Shown here one piece after another: positions 50,334-59,501 of a stretch of DNA of 64,000 bases. The notes beneath the pieces were generated by a model, which worked only from the letters and a program-made list of their open reading frames with translations, was not told the origin of the DNA and made no database searches. The position numbers and the translations under genes were made by a program. The stretch's first letter is position 1; each line of letters starts with the position of its first letter. The stretch is from an uncultured Chloroflexia bacterium (GTDB lineage Bacteria; Chloroflexota; Limnocylindria; Limnocylindrales; CSP1-4), in NCBI GenBank assembly GCA_963717255.1, contig CAVQVT010000008.1:4134-68133 (forward strand), in the 5' to 3' direction.

Positions 50334-51668
50334 TCAGGCGAGCGCGGCGTCCACCTTGGTGAGGCCGCGGTCGATGATGTCGAACCCCTCGCGCATCTCC
50401 TCCTCGGAGATGGTGAGCGGCGGGTTCGTGTAGAAGTTCGCCCAGCGGACCAGCGTGTACAGGCCCTCTTCGCGGAAGTGGCGGCCGAGGGCTGCCATCT
50501 CGTCCGAGGTCCCGTTGTACGGCGCGAGGGTCGTGTACGGCTCGCGCTGGCGGACGAGCTCGACGAGCCCGAAGAGCCCGATGTTCCGGACCGCGCCGAC
50601 CGACGGGTGCCGCGCGTAGAGGTCGGCGAGGAGCCCGCCCATGAGCTCGCCCTTCTTCGCGGCCGCCTCGATAAGGCCCTCCTGCTCGTAGACCTCGATC
50701 GTCGCGAGGGCGGTCGCGCAGCCGAGCGGATGGCTGTTGTACGTCAGGCCGCCGTAGAAGACGTTGTCCTGGAAGTGGTCGGCGATGTGGCGGCGCATGC
50801 CCACGGCGCCGAGCTGGACGTATGCGGACGTCAGGCCCTTGGCCATGCAGATGAGGTCCGGCACGACGCCCCAGTGGTCGATGGAGAACCACTTCCCCGT
50901 CCGGCCGAAGCCGGCCATGACCTCGTCGGCAACCAGGAGGATGCCGTAGCGGTCGCAGATCTCGCGGAGGCCCTGCATGTAGCCGTCCGGCGGGATCAGG
51001 ATGCCGTTGGTCCCGACGACCGGCTCCACGATGATCGCGGCGATCGTCTTCGGGCCCTCGTACATGATCACGTCCTCGGTCTCCCGGAGAACGTCCGCGA
51101 CCGGCTCGGGGTCCTTCCTGCCCCAGCGGTGGAAGTCGGGGATCCGGATGACGCCCGGGATGCCCGGCTCGGCCGCCCAGCGGCGCGGGTCGCCGGTGAG
51201 CGTGATCGCCCCGGCGGTCCCGCCGTGGTACGCGCGGTACCGGACGGCGATCTTGTGGCGGCCGGTGAACATCCGCGCGATCTTCACGGCGTTCTCGTTC
51301 GCCTCGGCGCCGCCGTTCGTGAAGAAGAAGACATCGATGTCGCCCGGCGTCAGCTCGGCGAGCTTGGCGCCGAGTCGCGCCCGCGGCTCGGTGGCCATGA
51401 ACGGGTTGGCGTACGCGAGGCGTTCGGCCTGCTCCTGGATCGCCTTCACGATGTGCGGGTGCCCGTGGCCGGTGTTCGTGCACATCAGCTGGCTGTTGAA
51501 GTCGAGGAAGCGCTTGCCCTCGGGCGTCCAGAAGTAGCTGCCCTTGGCGCCGGCGACCGGGATCGGGTCCACCTTCGCCTGCGCGGACCACTCGAAGATC
51601 GTGTGGCGCTTCGTGAGCTCGACGATCTCGGGCCCGGTCATCGTCCCGGGAACGGTACTGGTCGCCAT
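50334..51668 (-). CDS. Class III (omega) aminotransferase, PLP-dependent (beta-alanine/omega-amino acid transaminase-like)
   Basis: SYFWTPEGKRFLDFNSQLMCTNTGHGHPHIV...FFTNGGAEANENAVK...LLVADEVMAGFGRTGKWF...MAKGLTS. ATG at 51668. Confidence 0.85.
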   Translation of the reverse strand: MATSTVPGTMTGPEIVELTKRHTIFEWSAQAKVDPIPVAGAKGSYFWTPEGKRFLDFNSQLMCTNTGHGHPHIVKAIQEQAERLAYANPFMATEPRARLGAKLAELTPGDIDVFFFTNGGAEANENAVKIARMFTGRHKIAVRYRAYHGGTAGAITLTGDPRRWAAEPGIPGVIRIPDFHRWGRKDPEPVADVLRETEDVIMYEGPKTIAAIIVEPVVGTNGILIPPDGYMQGLREICDRYGILLVADEVMAGFGRTGKWFSIDHWGVVPDLICMAKGLTSAYVQLGAVGMRRHIADHFQDNVFYGGLTYNSHPLGCATALATIEVYEQEGLIEAAAKKGELMGGLLADLYARHPSVGAVRNIGLFGLVELVRQREPYTTLAPYNGTSDEMAALGRHFREEGLYTLVRWANFYTNPPLTISEEEMREGFDIIDRGLTKVDAALA

Positions 51669-51913
51669 GGACTCCACCTCATTCACGAGCCACGCCGTGC
51701 GTCCGGCACGGCGACCGCTGCGCGGTCGCGCCGGTGGCGGGCCGCGTCGCATCGTCAGTTCCGACGGGGGCGGCCGGGGATCCGGCCGTCCGGGGGTCGA
51801 GGCTATTACACCACGCGCCGAGGGCCACGACGGGGGCCGTCCGAGGGCCTCGACGGGGGCTTTCGGGATGCCTCGGACGGGCCTTTCGGCCATCCTGGGG
51901 TACCATCCCCCCG

Positions 51914-54112
51914 ATGACGACGCCGACCCGGGACCGGCGCGTCGGGTCCTCTGCCCGCCACGCGCTCCCCTCGATCGCCCTCGCCGCCATCGTCGCGGCC
52001 ACCCTCTCCATCGGCGTTCCCGCCCCGGCGCGCGCCGCCGGGAGCGTGGGGGCGGCCGCGGTGGTCGTCGGCTTCGCGCCCGAGACGACGGAGCAGATCG
52101 CGGGCTCTGTCAGCCACCAGGTGGGCCGGATCCAGACGGACAGCGCCGGCGGCCAGGAGGTCCACGTCGTCACCGCCCGCGCGGGCGACCCGACGCTCCG
52201 CTTCCAGGCGAGCCTTGCGACCGGCGACGTCGTGGGCCGGGCGACCGTGTCCGCGCAGGCGCGTGCCGTCTCCACGGACGGGAACCGCGTGATCGTCGCG
52301 ATCAACGGCGACGTCTGGGGCGGCTACTCGTCGCCGACCCAGGATGCGCCCAACGGGATCCACGTCCAGGACGGCGAGCTGATGGTCGCCTCGACCGACA
52401 CGCGGTCCGCGTTCGCGGTGGACGCATCCGGGCGCGCGACCGTCGGGCCCGCGCAGATCACCCTCTCCGTCACCGGGATGGACATGGTCCCCTACCCCGT
52501 GGACCGGCTGAACCAGCTCCGGCGCGCCGGCGAGATCGTCGCCTACACGTCGCGCTTCGGGTCGCGGACGCCGCAGGAGGGGTCCGGGGTCGAGGTGGTC
52601 CTCGGGGGCCTGCCGGGCCCACTCACCATCGGCGCCGCGTTCCCCCTCACGGTCCTCGAGGTCCGCGAGGCCGGCTCGCAGCCGATCTCGCCCGGCCAGG
52701 TGGTCCTCAACGGCCCGGCCGGCACCTACCTCGACACGATGACGCCGGGCTCGATGGTGACCTTCGCGACGGCCATCACCCCCGGCCTCGAGGGCACCCG
52801 CCAGCTCGTGACGGGCAGGGAGAACATCCTGACCAACGGGACCGTGGACATCCGGCCGCGGCCCGCGATCGCCGACCAGCTGCACCCGCGGACCGGGATC
52901 GGCGTGACGGCCGCCGGCGACGTCGTCATGGTCACGGTGGATGGCCGTCAGACCCCGTACAGCACGGGCGTGGACCTCGACGAGCTCGCCCAGATCATGT
53001 CGTCGCAGGGTGCGATCAACGCGATCAACCTCGACGGCGGCGGTTCGACCGCGATCGACGTGCGCGAGCCGGGCGACGTGGAGGCCTCCCTCCAGAACCG
53101 GCCGTCGGACGGGAAGGAGCGCGCCGTCGCGAACGCCATCCTGCTCGTGAGCACGACTCCGACCGGCCCGCCCGCACAGCTCTTCATCCGGCCGCCATCC
53201 GCGACGCTCTACGTCGGCGAGAAGGTGGCCTTCGAGGCGAAGGCGACGGACGCCTCGTTCAACGGCATCCCCCTGTCGGGATCGGCGGTCGCCTGGTCGA
53301 GTGCCGGGGGCGCGGGCGCGCTCGCGCCCGACGGGACCTATGCCGCCTCCGCGCCCGGCGCCGACACGATCACCGCGAGCGCGATCGGCCTGTCGGCGCA
53401 GCTGGCCGTGAACGTCCAGCCGGACACCGTCGCGCCGGTCATCGGGGGGACGCCGGTCTCCCGCCTCACCGCGCAGACCACCCTCACGGCGAAGGCGGTC
53501 CCGCTCACGGTCACGTGGCCGGCGGCCGCGGATCGCGGGACCGGCGTCGCATCGTACGAGGTCCAGCGGAGCGCGGACGGCGGCTCGAGCTGGTCCGACG
53601 TGACGGTGGACGCCCCGGGCAAGCCCAAGGCGATCGTGTACGCGACCCCCGGCGAGGTCATGCGCGTCCGGGTCCGCGCGATCGACAAGGCCGGCAACCC
53701 GGGCGACTGGTCGCAGGGGCTCCGGTTCCGCGTCATCGCCTACCAGGACGCCTCGGGGAAGATCGCGTTCAAGGGGACGTGGAAGTCCACCAAGTCCGCG
53801 CCGAACTTCGGCGGGACCGTGAAGTACACGCTGAAGAAGGGCGGCACCGCGACCTTCGCGTTCACGGGCAGCCAGGCGGCGTGGGTCTCGCTCAAGGGTC
53901 CGGATCGGGGCCAGGCGCAGGTCCTCCTGGACGGCAAGGCGGCCGCCACCGTGGACAACCGCGCGTCGAAGACCGTCGTCCGCCGCGTCGTGTACGTGAA
54001 GCTCTTCACGGGGACGGGCCGGCACGAGATCGTGGTGAAGTCCCTGGGGACGTCCGGCCGGCCGCGCGTGGACATGGACGCGCTCATCGTCGTGATCCCC
54101 GTCGGGGACTGA
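51914..54112 (+). CDS. Secreted phosphodiester glycosidase (DUF2233/NAGPA-like) family protein with C-terminal Ig-like/FN3-like and unknown domains
   Basis: Signal peptide ...[65 protein letters not shown] is the family core. This is followed by BIG2-like and FN3-like segments (VASYEVQRSADGGSSWSDV). Confidence 0.75.
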   Translation: MTTPTRDRRVGSSARHALPSIALAAIVAATLSIGVPAPARAAGSVGAAAVVVGFAPETTEQIAGSVSHQVGRIQTDSAGGQEVHVVTARAGDPTLRFQASLATGDVVGRATVSAQARAVSTDGNRVIVAINGDVWGGYSSPTQDAPNGIHVQDGELMVASTDTRSAFAVDASGRATVGPAQITLSVTGMDMVPYPVDRLNQLRRAGEIVAYTSRFGSRTPQEGSGVEVVLGGLPGPLTIGAAFPLTVLEVREAGSQPISPGQVVLNGPAGTYLDTMTPGSMVTFATAITPGLEGTRQLVTGRENILTNGTVDIRPRPAIADQLHPRTGIGVTAAGDVVMVTVDGRQTPYSTGVDLDELAQIMSSQGAINAINLDGGGSTAIDVREPGDVEASLQNRPSDGKERAVANAILLVSTTPTGPPAQLFIRPPSATLYVGEKVAFEAKATDASFNGIPLSGSAVAWSSAGGAGALAPDGTYAASAPGADTITASAIGLSAQLAVNVQPDTVAPVIGGTPVSRLTAQTTLTAKAVPLTVTWPAAADRGTGVASYEVQRSADGGSSWSDVTVDAPGKPKAIVYATPGEVMRVRVRAIDKAGNPGDWSQGLRFRVIAYQDASGKIAFKGTWKSTKSAPNFGGTVKYTLKKGGTATFAFTGSQAAWVSLKGPDRGQAQVLLDGKAAATVDNRASKTVVRRVVYVKLFTGTGRHEIVVKSLGTSGRPRVDMDALIVVIPVGD

Positions 54113-54325
54113 CGGAGCACCCCCGAGGGCATCCGCCAGGGGGCCGGCGGTGGGCCGTCCCGCCCTCCCGCGCGGGCGCATCGAACGTCGGAGCGGGGCG
54201 CATCGGCACCCCTCCGCGGACCTTCCGACGGTGTACCGTGGCGATCTGAGTCACGCGGGAGCGACGGCCACCCGATCGTCCGGTCGCACGGCGGCTTCCC
54301 GCCAATCTTCTCTCGGAGGGTCCCG

Positions 54326-55177
54326 ATGCCCCGTATCGTCCGCGGCGCCCTGATCCAGGCAACCTGGACGGGCGACAAGGAATCGATGATCCAGAAGCAC
54401 GAGCAGTACGCGGCCGAGGCGGCGAAGCAGGGCGCCAAGTTCATGCTCTTCCAGGAGCTGTTCTACGGCCCGTACTTCTGCCAGGTGCAGGACCCGCAGT
54501 ACTTCAGCTACACCGAGCTCATCCCGGACGGCCCCACGACGAAGCGCATGCAGGCGCTCGCGCGGGAGCTCGGCATGGTCCTCGTCGTCCCGATGTACGA
54601 GGAGGACAGCACCACCCGGGGCATCTACTACAACACCGCGGCCGTCATCGACATGGACGGCACGTATCTCGGGAAGTACCGGAAGACCCACATCCCGCAC
54701 GTGAAGGGCTTCTGGGAGAAGTTCTACTTCCGCCCCGGGAACCTCGGCTACCCGGTCTTCCAGACCGCGGTCGGGAAGATCGGCGTCTACATCTGCTACG
54801 ACCGCCACTTCCCGGAGGGCGCGCGGGCGCTGGGCCTCAACGGCGCCGAGATCGTCCTCATCCCGTCGGCCACCAGCCGCGGCCTGTCGGAGTACCTCTG
54901 GCGCGTGGAGCAGGTCAGCCACGCGATGGCGAACGGCTACTTCGTCGGGACGATCAACCGGGTCGGCATCGAGGCCGAGATCGGCGAGGACGACTTCTAC
55001 GGCCAGAGCTACTTCTGCGACCCGCGCGGCCAGTTCGTCGGCGCCGTCGGGGATCCGCGGGACGAGGAGCTCATCGTCCGCGACCTCGACCTCGACCTCG
55101 TGACCGAGGTCCGGCAGACGTGGCAGTTCTACCGCGACCGCCGACCGGAGATGTACGGGGACCTCGTCAAGCCCTAG
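54326..55177 (+). CDS. Carbon-nitrogen hydrolase (nitrilase superfamily), beta-ureidopropionase / N-carbamoyl-amidohydrolase-like
   Basis: FQELF (catalytic Glu), YRKTHIP (Lys) and VYICYDRHFPE (Cys) form the E-K-C triad context. Confidence 0.85.
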   Translation: MPRIVRGALIQATWTGDKESMIQKHEQYAAEAAKQGAKFMLFQELFYGPYFCQVQDPQYFSYTELIPDGPTTKRMQALARELGMVLVVPMYEEDSTTRGIYYNTAAVIDMDGTYLGKYRKTHIPHVKGFWEKFYFRPGNLGYPVFQTAVGKIGVYICYDRHFPEGARALGLNGAEIVLIPSATSRGLSEYLWRVEQVSHAMANGYFVGTINRVGIEAEIGEDDFYGQSYFCDPRGQFVGAVGDPRDEELIVRDLDLDLVTEVRQTWQFYRDRRPEMYGDLVKP

Positions 55178-55316
55178 GGAGTATCCTCGTCGCCCGCCGC
55201 ACGACACGGTCGCGCGGCGGGCGACGGCTTTCCGGGACCGTCCGCGGTCGCCGGGCGGCACCGCGGCGGGGTGCCACGGCGGGGCGCCGACGACCCGCGC
55301 CACGCAGGAGGGGGAG

Positions 55317-56324
55317 ATGGAGTTCGGGTTCACGCTCAAGCCGGAGCACTCGCTCGCGCGGCACGTTGCCATCACCCGGCAGGCCGAGGCGGCCGGCTTC
55401 GACTACGGCTGGATCTTCGACAGCCACGTCCTCTGGCGCGAGGCGTACGTGCTGCTCACGCTCATGGCGACGGCGACGGAGCGCCTGCGCCTCGGCACGT
55501 GCGTCACGAACCCGGCGACCCGGGAGCCGACCGTCACGGCCAGCGGTCTCGCGACGCTCCAGGAGCTGACCGGCGGGCGCATGGACCTCGGCATCGGGCG
55601 TGGCGACAGCGCGCGCCGGGTCCTCGGCAAGCCGCCGACCTCGATGGCCATGCTGGAGGAGTCGGCCCTCGTGATCCGCGATCTGGCGGAGGGGCGCGGC
55701 GTCGAGTACGAGGGCGCATGGCTCGAACTCGCGTGGGCGCCCCGCGGCTTCACGCTGCCGCTCTGGATCGCCGGGTACGGGCCCAAGGCGATGGACCTGG
55801 CCGGGCGGGTCGCGGACGGGATCATGCTCCAGTTCGCCGACCCCGACCTCATCGCGTGGCTCGTCGGGCAGGTGCGGGAGTCGGCACGCAAGGCCGGCCG
55901 GGACCCGATGGCCATCCGCGTCATGGCAGCGGCCCCCGCGCACGTCGCCCCGATCGACGTCGCCCGCGAGCGGGTCCGATGGTTCCCCGCCCTGGTCGGC
56001 AACCACGTGGTGGACCTCGTGAACCGCTATCCGGCATCCGAGCTGCCCGAGTCGCTCACCGGCTACATCCGCGAGCGGCAGGGGTACGACTACCTCCACC
56101 ACGCGGAGGTCGGGTCGGGCAACGCCGCCTTCGTGAGCGACGACATCGCGGATCGCTTCTCGATCATCGGCGCGGTGGACGACCACGTGGCGAAGCTCCG
56201 ACGCCTCGCCGAGGCAGGCGTCGACCAGTTCAACCTCTACCTCATGAACGGGGACGAGGAGGAGCAGGTCGAGATCTACGGCCGGGAGGTCATCCCGGCT
56301 GTGCGAGCCCTCGCCGCGGGCTGA
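55317..56324 (+). CDS. Luciferase-like monooxygenase (LLM) class oxidoreductase, probably F420-dependent
   Basis: MEFGFTLKPEHS...GFDYGWIFDSHVLWRE...RLGTCVTNPATREPTV...MDLGIGRGDSA... Confidence 0.8.
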   Translation: MEFGFTLKPEHSLARHVAITRQAEAAGFDYGWIFDSHVLWREAYVLLTLMATATERLRLGTCVTNPATREPTVTASGLATLQELTGGRMDLGIGRGDSARRVLGKPPTSMAMLEESALVIRDLAEGRGVEYEGAWLELAWAPRGFTLPLWIAGYGPKAMDLAGRVADGIMLQFADPDLIAWLVGQVRESARKAGRDPMAIRVMAAAPAHVAPIDVARERVRWFPALVGNHVVDLVNRYPASELPESLTGYIRERQGYDYLHHAEVGSGNAAFVSDDIADRFSIIGAVDDHVAKLRRLAEAGVDQFNLYLMNGDEEEQVEIYGREVIPAVRALAAG

Positions 56325-56477
56325 GACGATCGGACGACGGGACTCTCGGCGCGACGGCCCGCGGGGTCCGTCCGAAGGGACCAGCCGTTCCGTCCGAAGC
56401 GACCGCGCCGCGGCCATCGCCGAGGGCTACCATCGATGCCCTGAGAGGGCGGCACAGCCCTCCGCGGAGGTGAGCAG

Positions 56478-57917
56478 ATGCGGATCCTGATCAAGAACGG
56501 GACCGTGATCAACGCCGGCGGCCGGCAGCAGGCGGACGTGCTGATCGACGGCGACAAGATCGTGGCCCTGGTGGGGCGTGCCGGCGAGGACGCCGGCGTC
56601 GCGGACAAGGCCGCGGCGGCGCTCCTCGCGCTCGGCGCGGACGAGACGATCGATGCGGCCGGCAAGTGGGTCATCCCCGGCGCGATCGACGAGCACACGC
56701 ACATGGAGCTGCCGTTCGGCGGGACATTCGCGAAGGACACCTTCGAGACGGGCTCGCGCGCCGCGGCGTTCGGCGGTACCACGACGATCATCGACTTCGC
56801 CGTCCAGAGCAAGGGCAAGAGCCTCCAGGAGGGGCTCGACACCTGGATGGCGAAGGCCGAGGGCCACGCCGTCATCGACTACGCGTTCCACATGATCATG
56901 AGCGACGTCAACGGCGAGACGCTCAAGGAGATGGACCGGATCGTGGCCCAGGGCGTCTCGAGCTTCAAGCTCTTCACGGCCTACCCGGGCGTGTTCTACA
57001 GCGACGACGGGGCGATCCTCCGGGCGCTCCAGCGATCCGAGAAGAACGGCGCGCTCATCCTCATGCACGCGGAGAACGGCATCGCGATCGATGTCGTCGT
57101 GGAGGAGAACGTCCTCGCCGGGAACACCGACCCGTACTACCACGGCGTCAGCCGCTACCCCGTCTTCGAGGGCGAGGCGACGAACCGCGTCATCCGCCTC
57201 GCCGAGGCGGCCGGCGCGCCGGTCTTCTTCGTCCACATGTCGGCCAAGGACGCGGTCGACGTGATCCAGGCGGCGCGGGATCGCGGCACGAAGGCGTTCG
57301 GCGAGACGTGCCCGCAGTACCTCTTCCTCTCGCTCGACGACCTCGGGAACGGGTTCGAGGGCGCGAAGTTCGTGTGCTCCCCGCCGCTCAGGCCGGAGAG
57401 CGGGGGGCACCAGGAGGCCCTCTGGACGGCGCTCATCAGGAACGACCTCCAGGGCGTCGGCACGGACCACTGCCCGTTCGACTTCGAGGGCCAGAAGGAG
57501 CTCGGGCGCGGCGACTTCCGGAAGGTCCCCAACGGCCTGCCGGGCGTCGAGGACCGCGTGGACCTCATGCACGACGGCGGCGTCGTCGGCGGCCGGATCA
57601 CCCCGGCCCGCTGGGTCGAGGTCATCAGCGCGAACCCGGCGAAGATCTTCGGGCTCTACCCGCGCAAGGGCGTCGTCGCCGTCGGCGCGGACGCGGACGT
57701 CGTCGTCTACGACCCGAACCGCAAGCACACGATCTCCGCGAAGACCCACCACATGGACGTGGACTACTCCTGCTACGAGGGCCGCGAGGTCCAGGGCGGG
57801 AGCGACGTGGTCATCTCCCGCGGCCGGCTCGTCGTGAAGGACGGGGAGTTCCTCGGCAAGCCCGGCGACGGTCGGTTCCTCAAGCGCGAGACCGCGCACT
57901 GGGTGCGCAAGAACTAG
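56478..57917 (+). CDS. Dihydropyrimidinase / D-hydantoinase
   Basis: MRILIKNGTVI...IPGAIDEHTHMELPFGGT...SFKLFTAY...MHAENG...THHMDVDYSCYEG. Confidence 0.9.
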   Translation: MRILIKNGTVINAGGRQQADVLIDGDKIVALVGRAGEDAGVADKAAAALLALGADETIDAAGKWVIPGAIDEHTHMELPFGGTFAKDTFETGSRAAAFGGTTTIIDFAVQSKGKSLQEGLDTWMAKAEGHAVIDYAFHMIMSDVNGETLKEMDRIVAQGVSSFKLFTAYPGVFYSDDGAILRALQRSEKNGALILMHAENGIAIDVVVEENVLAGNTDPYYHGVSRYPVFEGEATNRVIRLAEAAGAPVFFVHMSAKDAVDVIQAARDRGTKAFGETCPQYLFLSLDDLGNGFEGAKFVCSPPLRPESGGHQEALWTALIRNDLQGVGTDHCPFDFEGQKELGRGDFRKVPNGLPGVEDRVDLMHDGGVVGGRITPARWVEVISANPAKIFGLYPRKGVVAVGADADVVVYDPNRKHTISAKTHHMDVDYSCYEGREVQGGSDVVISRGRLVVKDGEFLGKPGDGRFLKRETAHWVRKN

Positions 57918-57924
57918 CGCTCAG

Positions 57925-57986
57925 CCACCCTCTCACGTCGACGGGGCCGGCCCGCGAGGGCCGGCCCCGTCGACGTGAGAGGGTGG
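57925..57986. terminator. Perfect 29-bp stem / GCGA tetraloop hairpin between convergent genes
   Basis: CCACCCTCTCACGTCGACGGGGCCGGCCC-gcga-GGGCCGGCCCCGTCGACGTGAGAGGGTGG read directly. Confidence 0.7.
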
Positions 57987-57988
57987 CG

Positions 57989-58008
57989 GACCGATCGGCC
58001 GATCGGTC
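57989..58008. terminator. 20-bp perfect palindrome GACCGATCGGCCGATCGGTC followed by TGGTTT
   Basis: Read directly. It lies immediately 3' of the 29-bp hairpin. Confidence 0.5.
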
Positions 58009-58013
58009 TGGTT

Positions 58014-59405
58014 TCAGTAGTCGATTCGGAGGACCTTCCCGCAGCACGAGCTGCTGCCTGCGTACCACGCGCTCCGGCCACGGACGGTCACGCCCGTGAG
58101 ATTGTCCACGAGAGAGACAGTCGCAACGAGCGCGTTCGAGGACGTGGAGACGGCCGCGGCGATGGGCTTGCCTCCGTTTGCGGTCTGGGAGAGCCAAGCA
58201 TAGCCGCCTCCGACCGCGATTCGGTAGGGATCACCGGGGACATCGGTCGAGGCCAGGAGGGCGAGCGACGTCGGGTCGTACCGCTGGAGCTTCGCGCTTC
58301 CAGAGGCGCCCGACGCGCCGACCGTGACCCAGACGGCACCGTCGCCGAAGGCGATCCCGTGACCTTCCCCGGAGAGCGGGACTGTCGTGACGTCACTCGT
58401 CGTGAGATCCACCTTGAGCAGCGAGTCCACTGCGACCACCCACCCGAAGCCACCCCCGTAGGCGACTCCGTACGGCACGGTCTTCAGCGGGTAGACCTTG
58501 CTGACCACGTTCTTCGCCGGGTCGATCCGCACGAGCTGGTTCGGCCCGCTCTGCGCGACCCAGACCGAGCCGCCCCCCGTGGCCACTCCGTAGACGCGTC
58601 CCGGGACCTCGATTCGAGCCGGGATCGTTCGCGTCTTCGTGTCGATCCGGATGATCGTCCCGCCGGGACCGTCCAACCTGTTCGTCGGGACCCAGAGACC
58701 TCCTTCGCCGATGGTGCAGTCGAACGTCACGTAGAGGGTGGCGGTGTAGTCCACCATCGCCTTCTCCGCGGCGGTCGACGGGTCGACCTGGTATGCGTAA
58801 CCGTCAAGCACCTCGACGGCCCAGATCTCCGAGTCGTCAGCGCAGATGCCGGACAGGCCGTACCCGAGGCTCGCGGTGACACCGATCGTAGCCGCCAGGG
58901 ACGGCTCAGGCGTCGGCGTCGGCGTGGGCGTCGCGGTCGGCCGCGGGCCGCCGGTGAAGGGGCCGCAGCGGAGCTTGGTGCCGGTGCCCACCCGGATGAC
59001 GAGCGCGCTCGCGAGGCGGATCGCGTTCATCTTGGCAGCGGGGATCGGGAGGCTCTTCGCGATCTTCCCGCCCGAGGTGGATGTCTGGGTGGGCCCCGTG
59101 TAGAGGACGGAGCCTGGGGCGGCGCACGTCCCCCGCGCGATCTTCACGGGGTAGGCGGTCGACGCGGACAGGCCCTTGAGGGCGAGCTTCAGGGTGCCGG
59201 CGGTCCCGGCGGTCGCGGGGGCCGTCATCGTCGCCTTCCCGTTCGCGCCGCCGGCGCCGACCGAGGCGGTCCACGTGACGGTGCTCGCGGCGGTTCCGGT
59301 CGCCGGCAGGGCGATCGCGAGCGCGGCGAGCAGGGTGAGCGACAGCGTGGCCCACGCGGCGGGCGATCGCGCGCCGCGGGTCCGGAGCAGCGACATCGGT
59401 GTCAC
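58014..59405 (-). CDS. Secreted protein with an N-terminal unknown domain, a Pro/Thr linker and a C-terminal beta-propeller-like repeat region
   Basis: Signal peptide ...ALPATGTAAS. PTATPTPTPTPEPS linker. Repeated motifs ...GGGSVWVA..., ...GGGFGWVVA..., ...GDGAVWVT..., ...GGGYAWLS... Confidence 0.6.
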   Translation of the reverse strand: MTPMSLLRTRGARSPAAWATLSLTLLAALAIALPATGTAASTVTWTASVGAGGANGKATMTAPATAGTAGTLKLALKGLSASTAYPVKIARGTCAAPGSVLYTGPTQTSTSGGKIAKSLPIPAAKMNAIRLASALVIRVGTGTKLRCGPFTGGPRPTATPTPTPTPEPSLAATIGVTASLGYGLSGICADDSEIWAVEVLDGYAYQVDPSTAAEKAMVDYTATLYVTFDCTIGEGGLWVPTNRLDGPGGTIIRIDTKTRTIPARIEVPGRVYGVATGGGSVWVAQSGPNQLVRIDPAKNVVSKVYPLKTVPYGVAYGGGFGWVVAVDSLLKVDLTTSDVTTVPLSGEGHGIAFGDGAVWVTVGASGASGSAKLQRYDPTSLALLASTDVPGDPYRIAVGGGYAWLSQTANGGKPIAAAVSTSSNALVATVSLVDNLTGVTVRGRSAWYAGSSSCCGKVLRIDY

Positions 59406-59501
59406 CCCCTGGGACGCTCCGGACGGGACGGTCCCGCCAGTGGCTCGACGCGGCCCCGGCGGCCGCGGTTCGGACCGCGCGTCACAGCCTCCCGTCAGCC
59501 G

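Noticed and set aside
58908-58935. GGCGTC-type short tandem repeats
   Set aside because: This is simply the coding sequence of the Pro/Thr linker (PTPTPTPTP) on the opposite strand.
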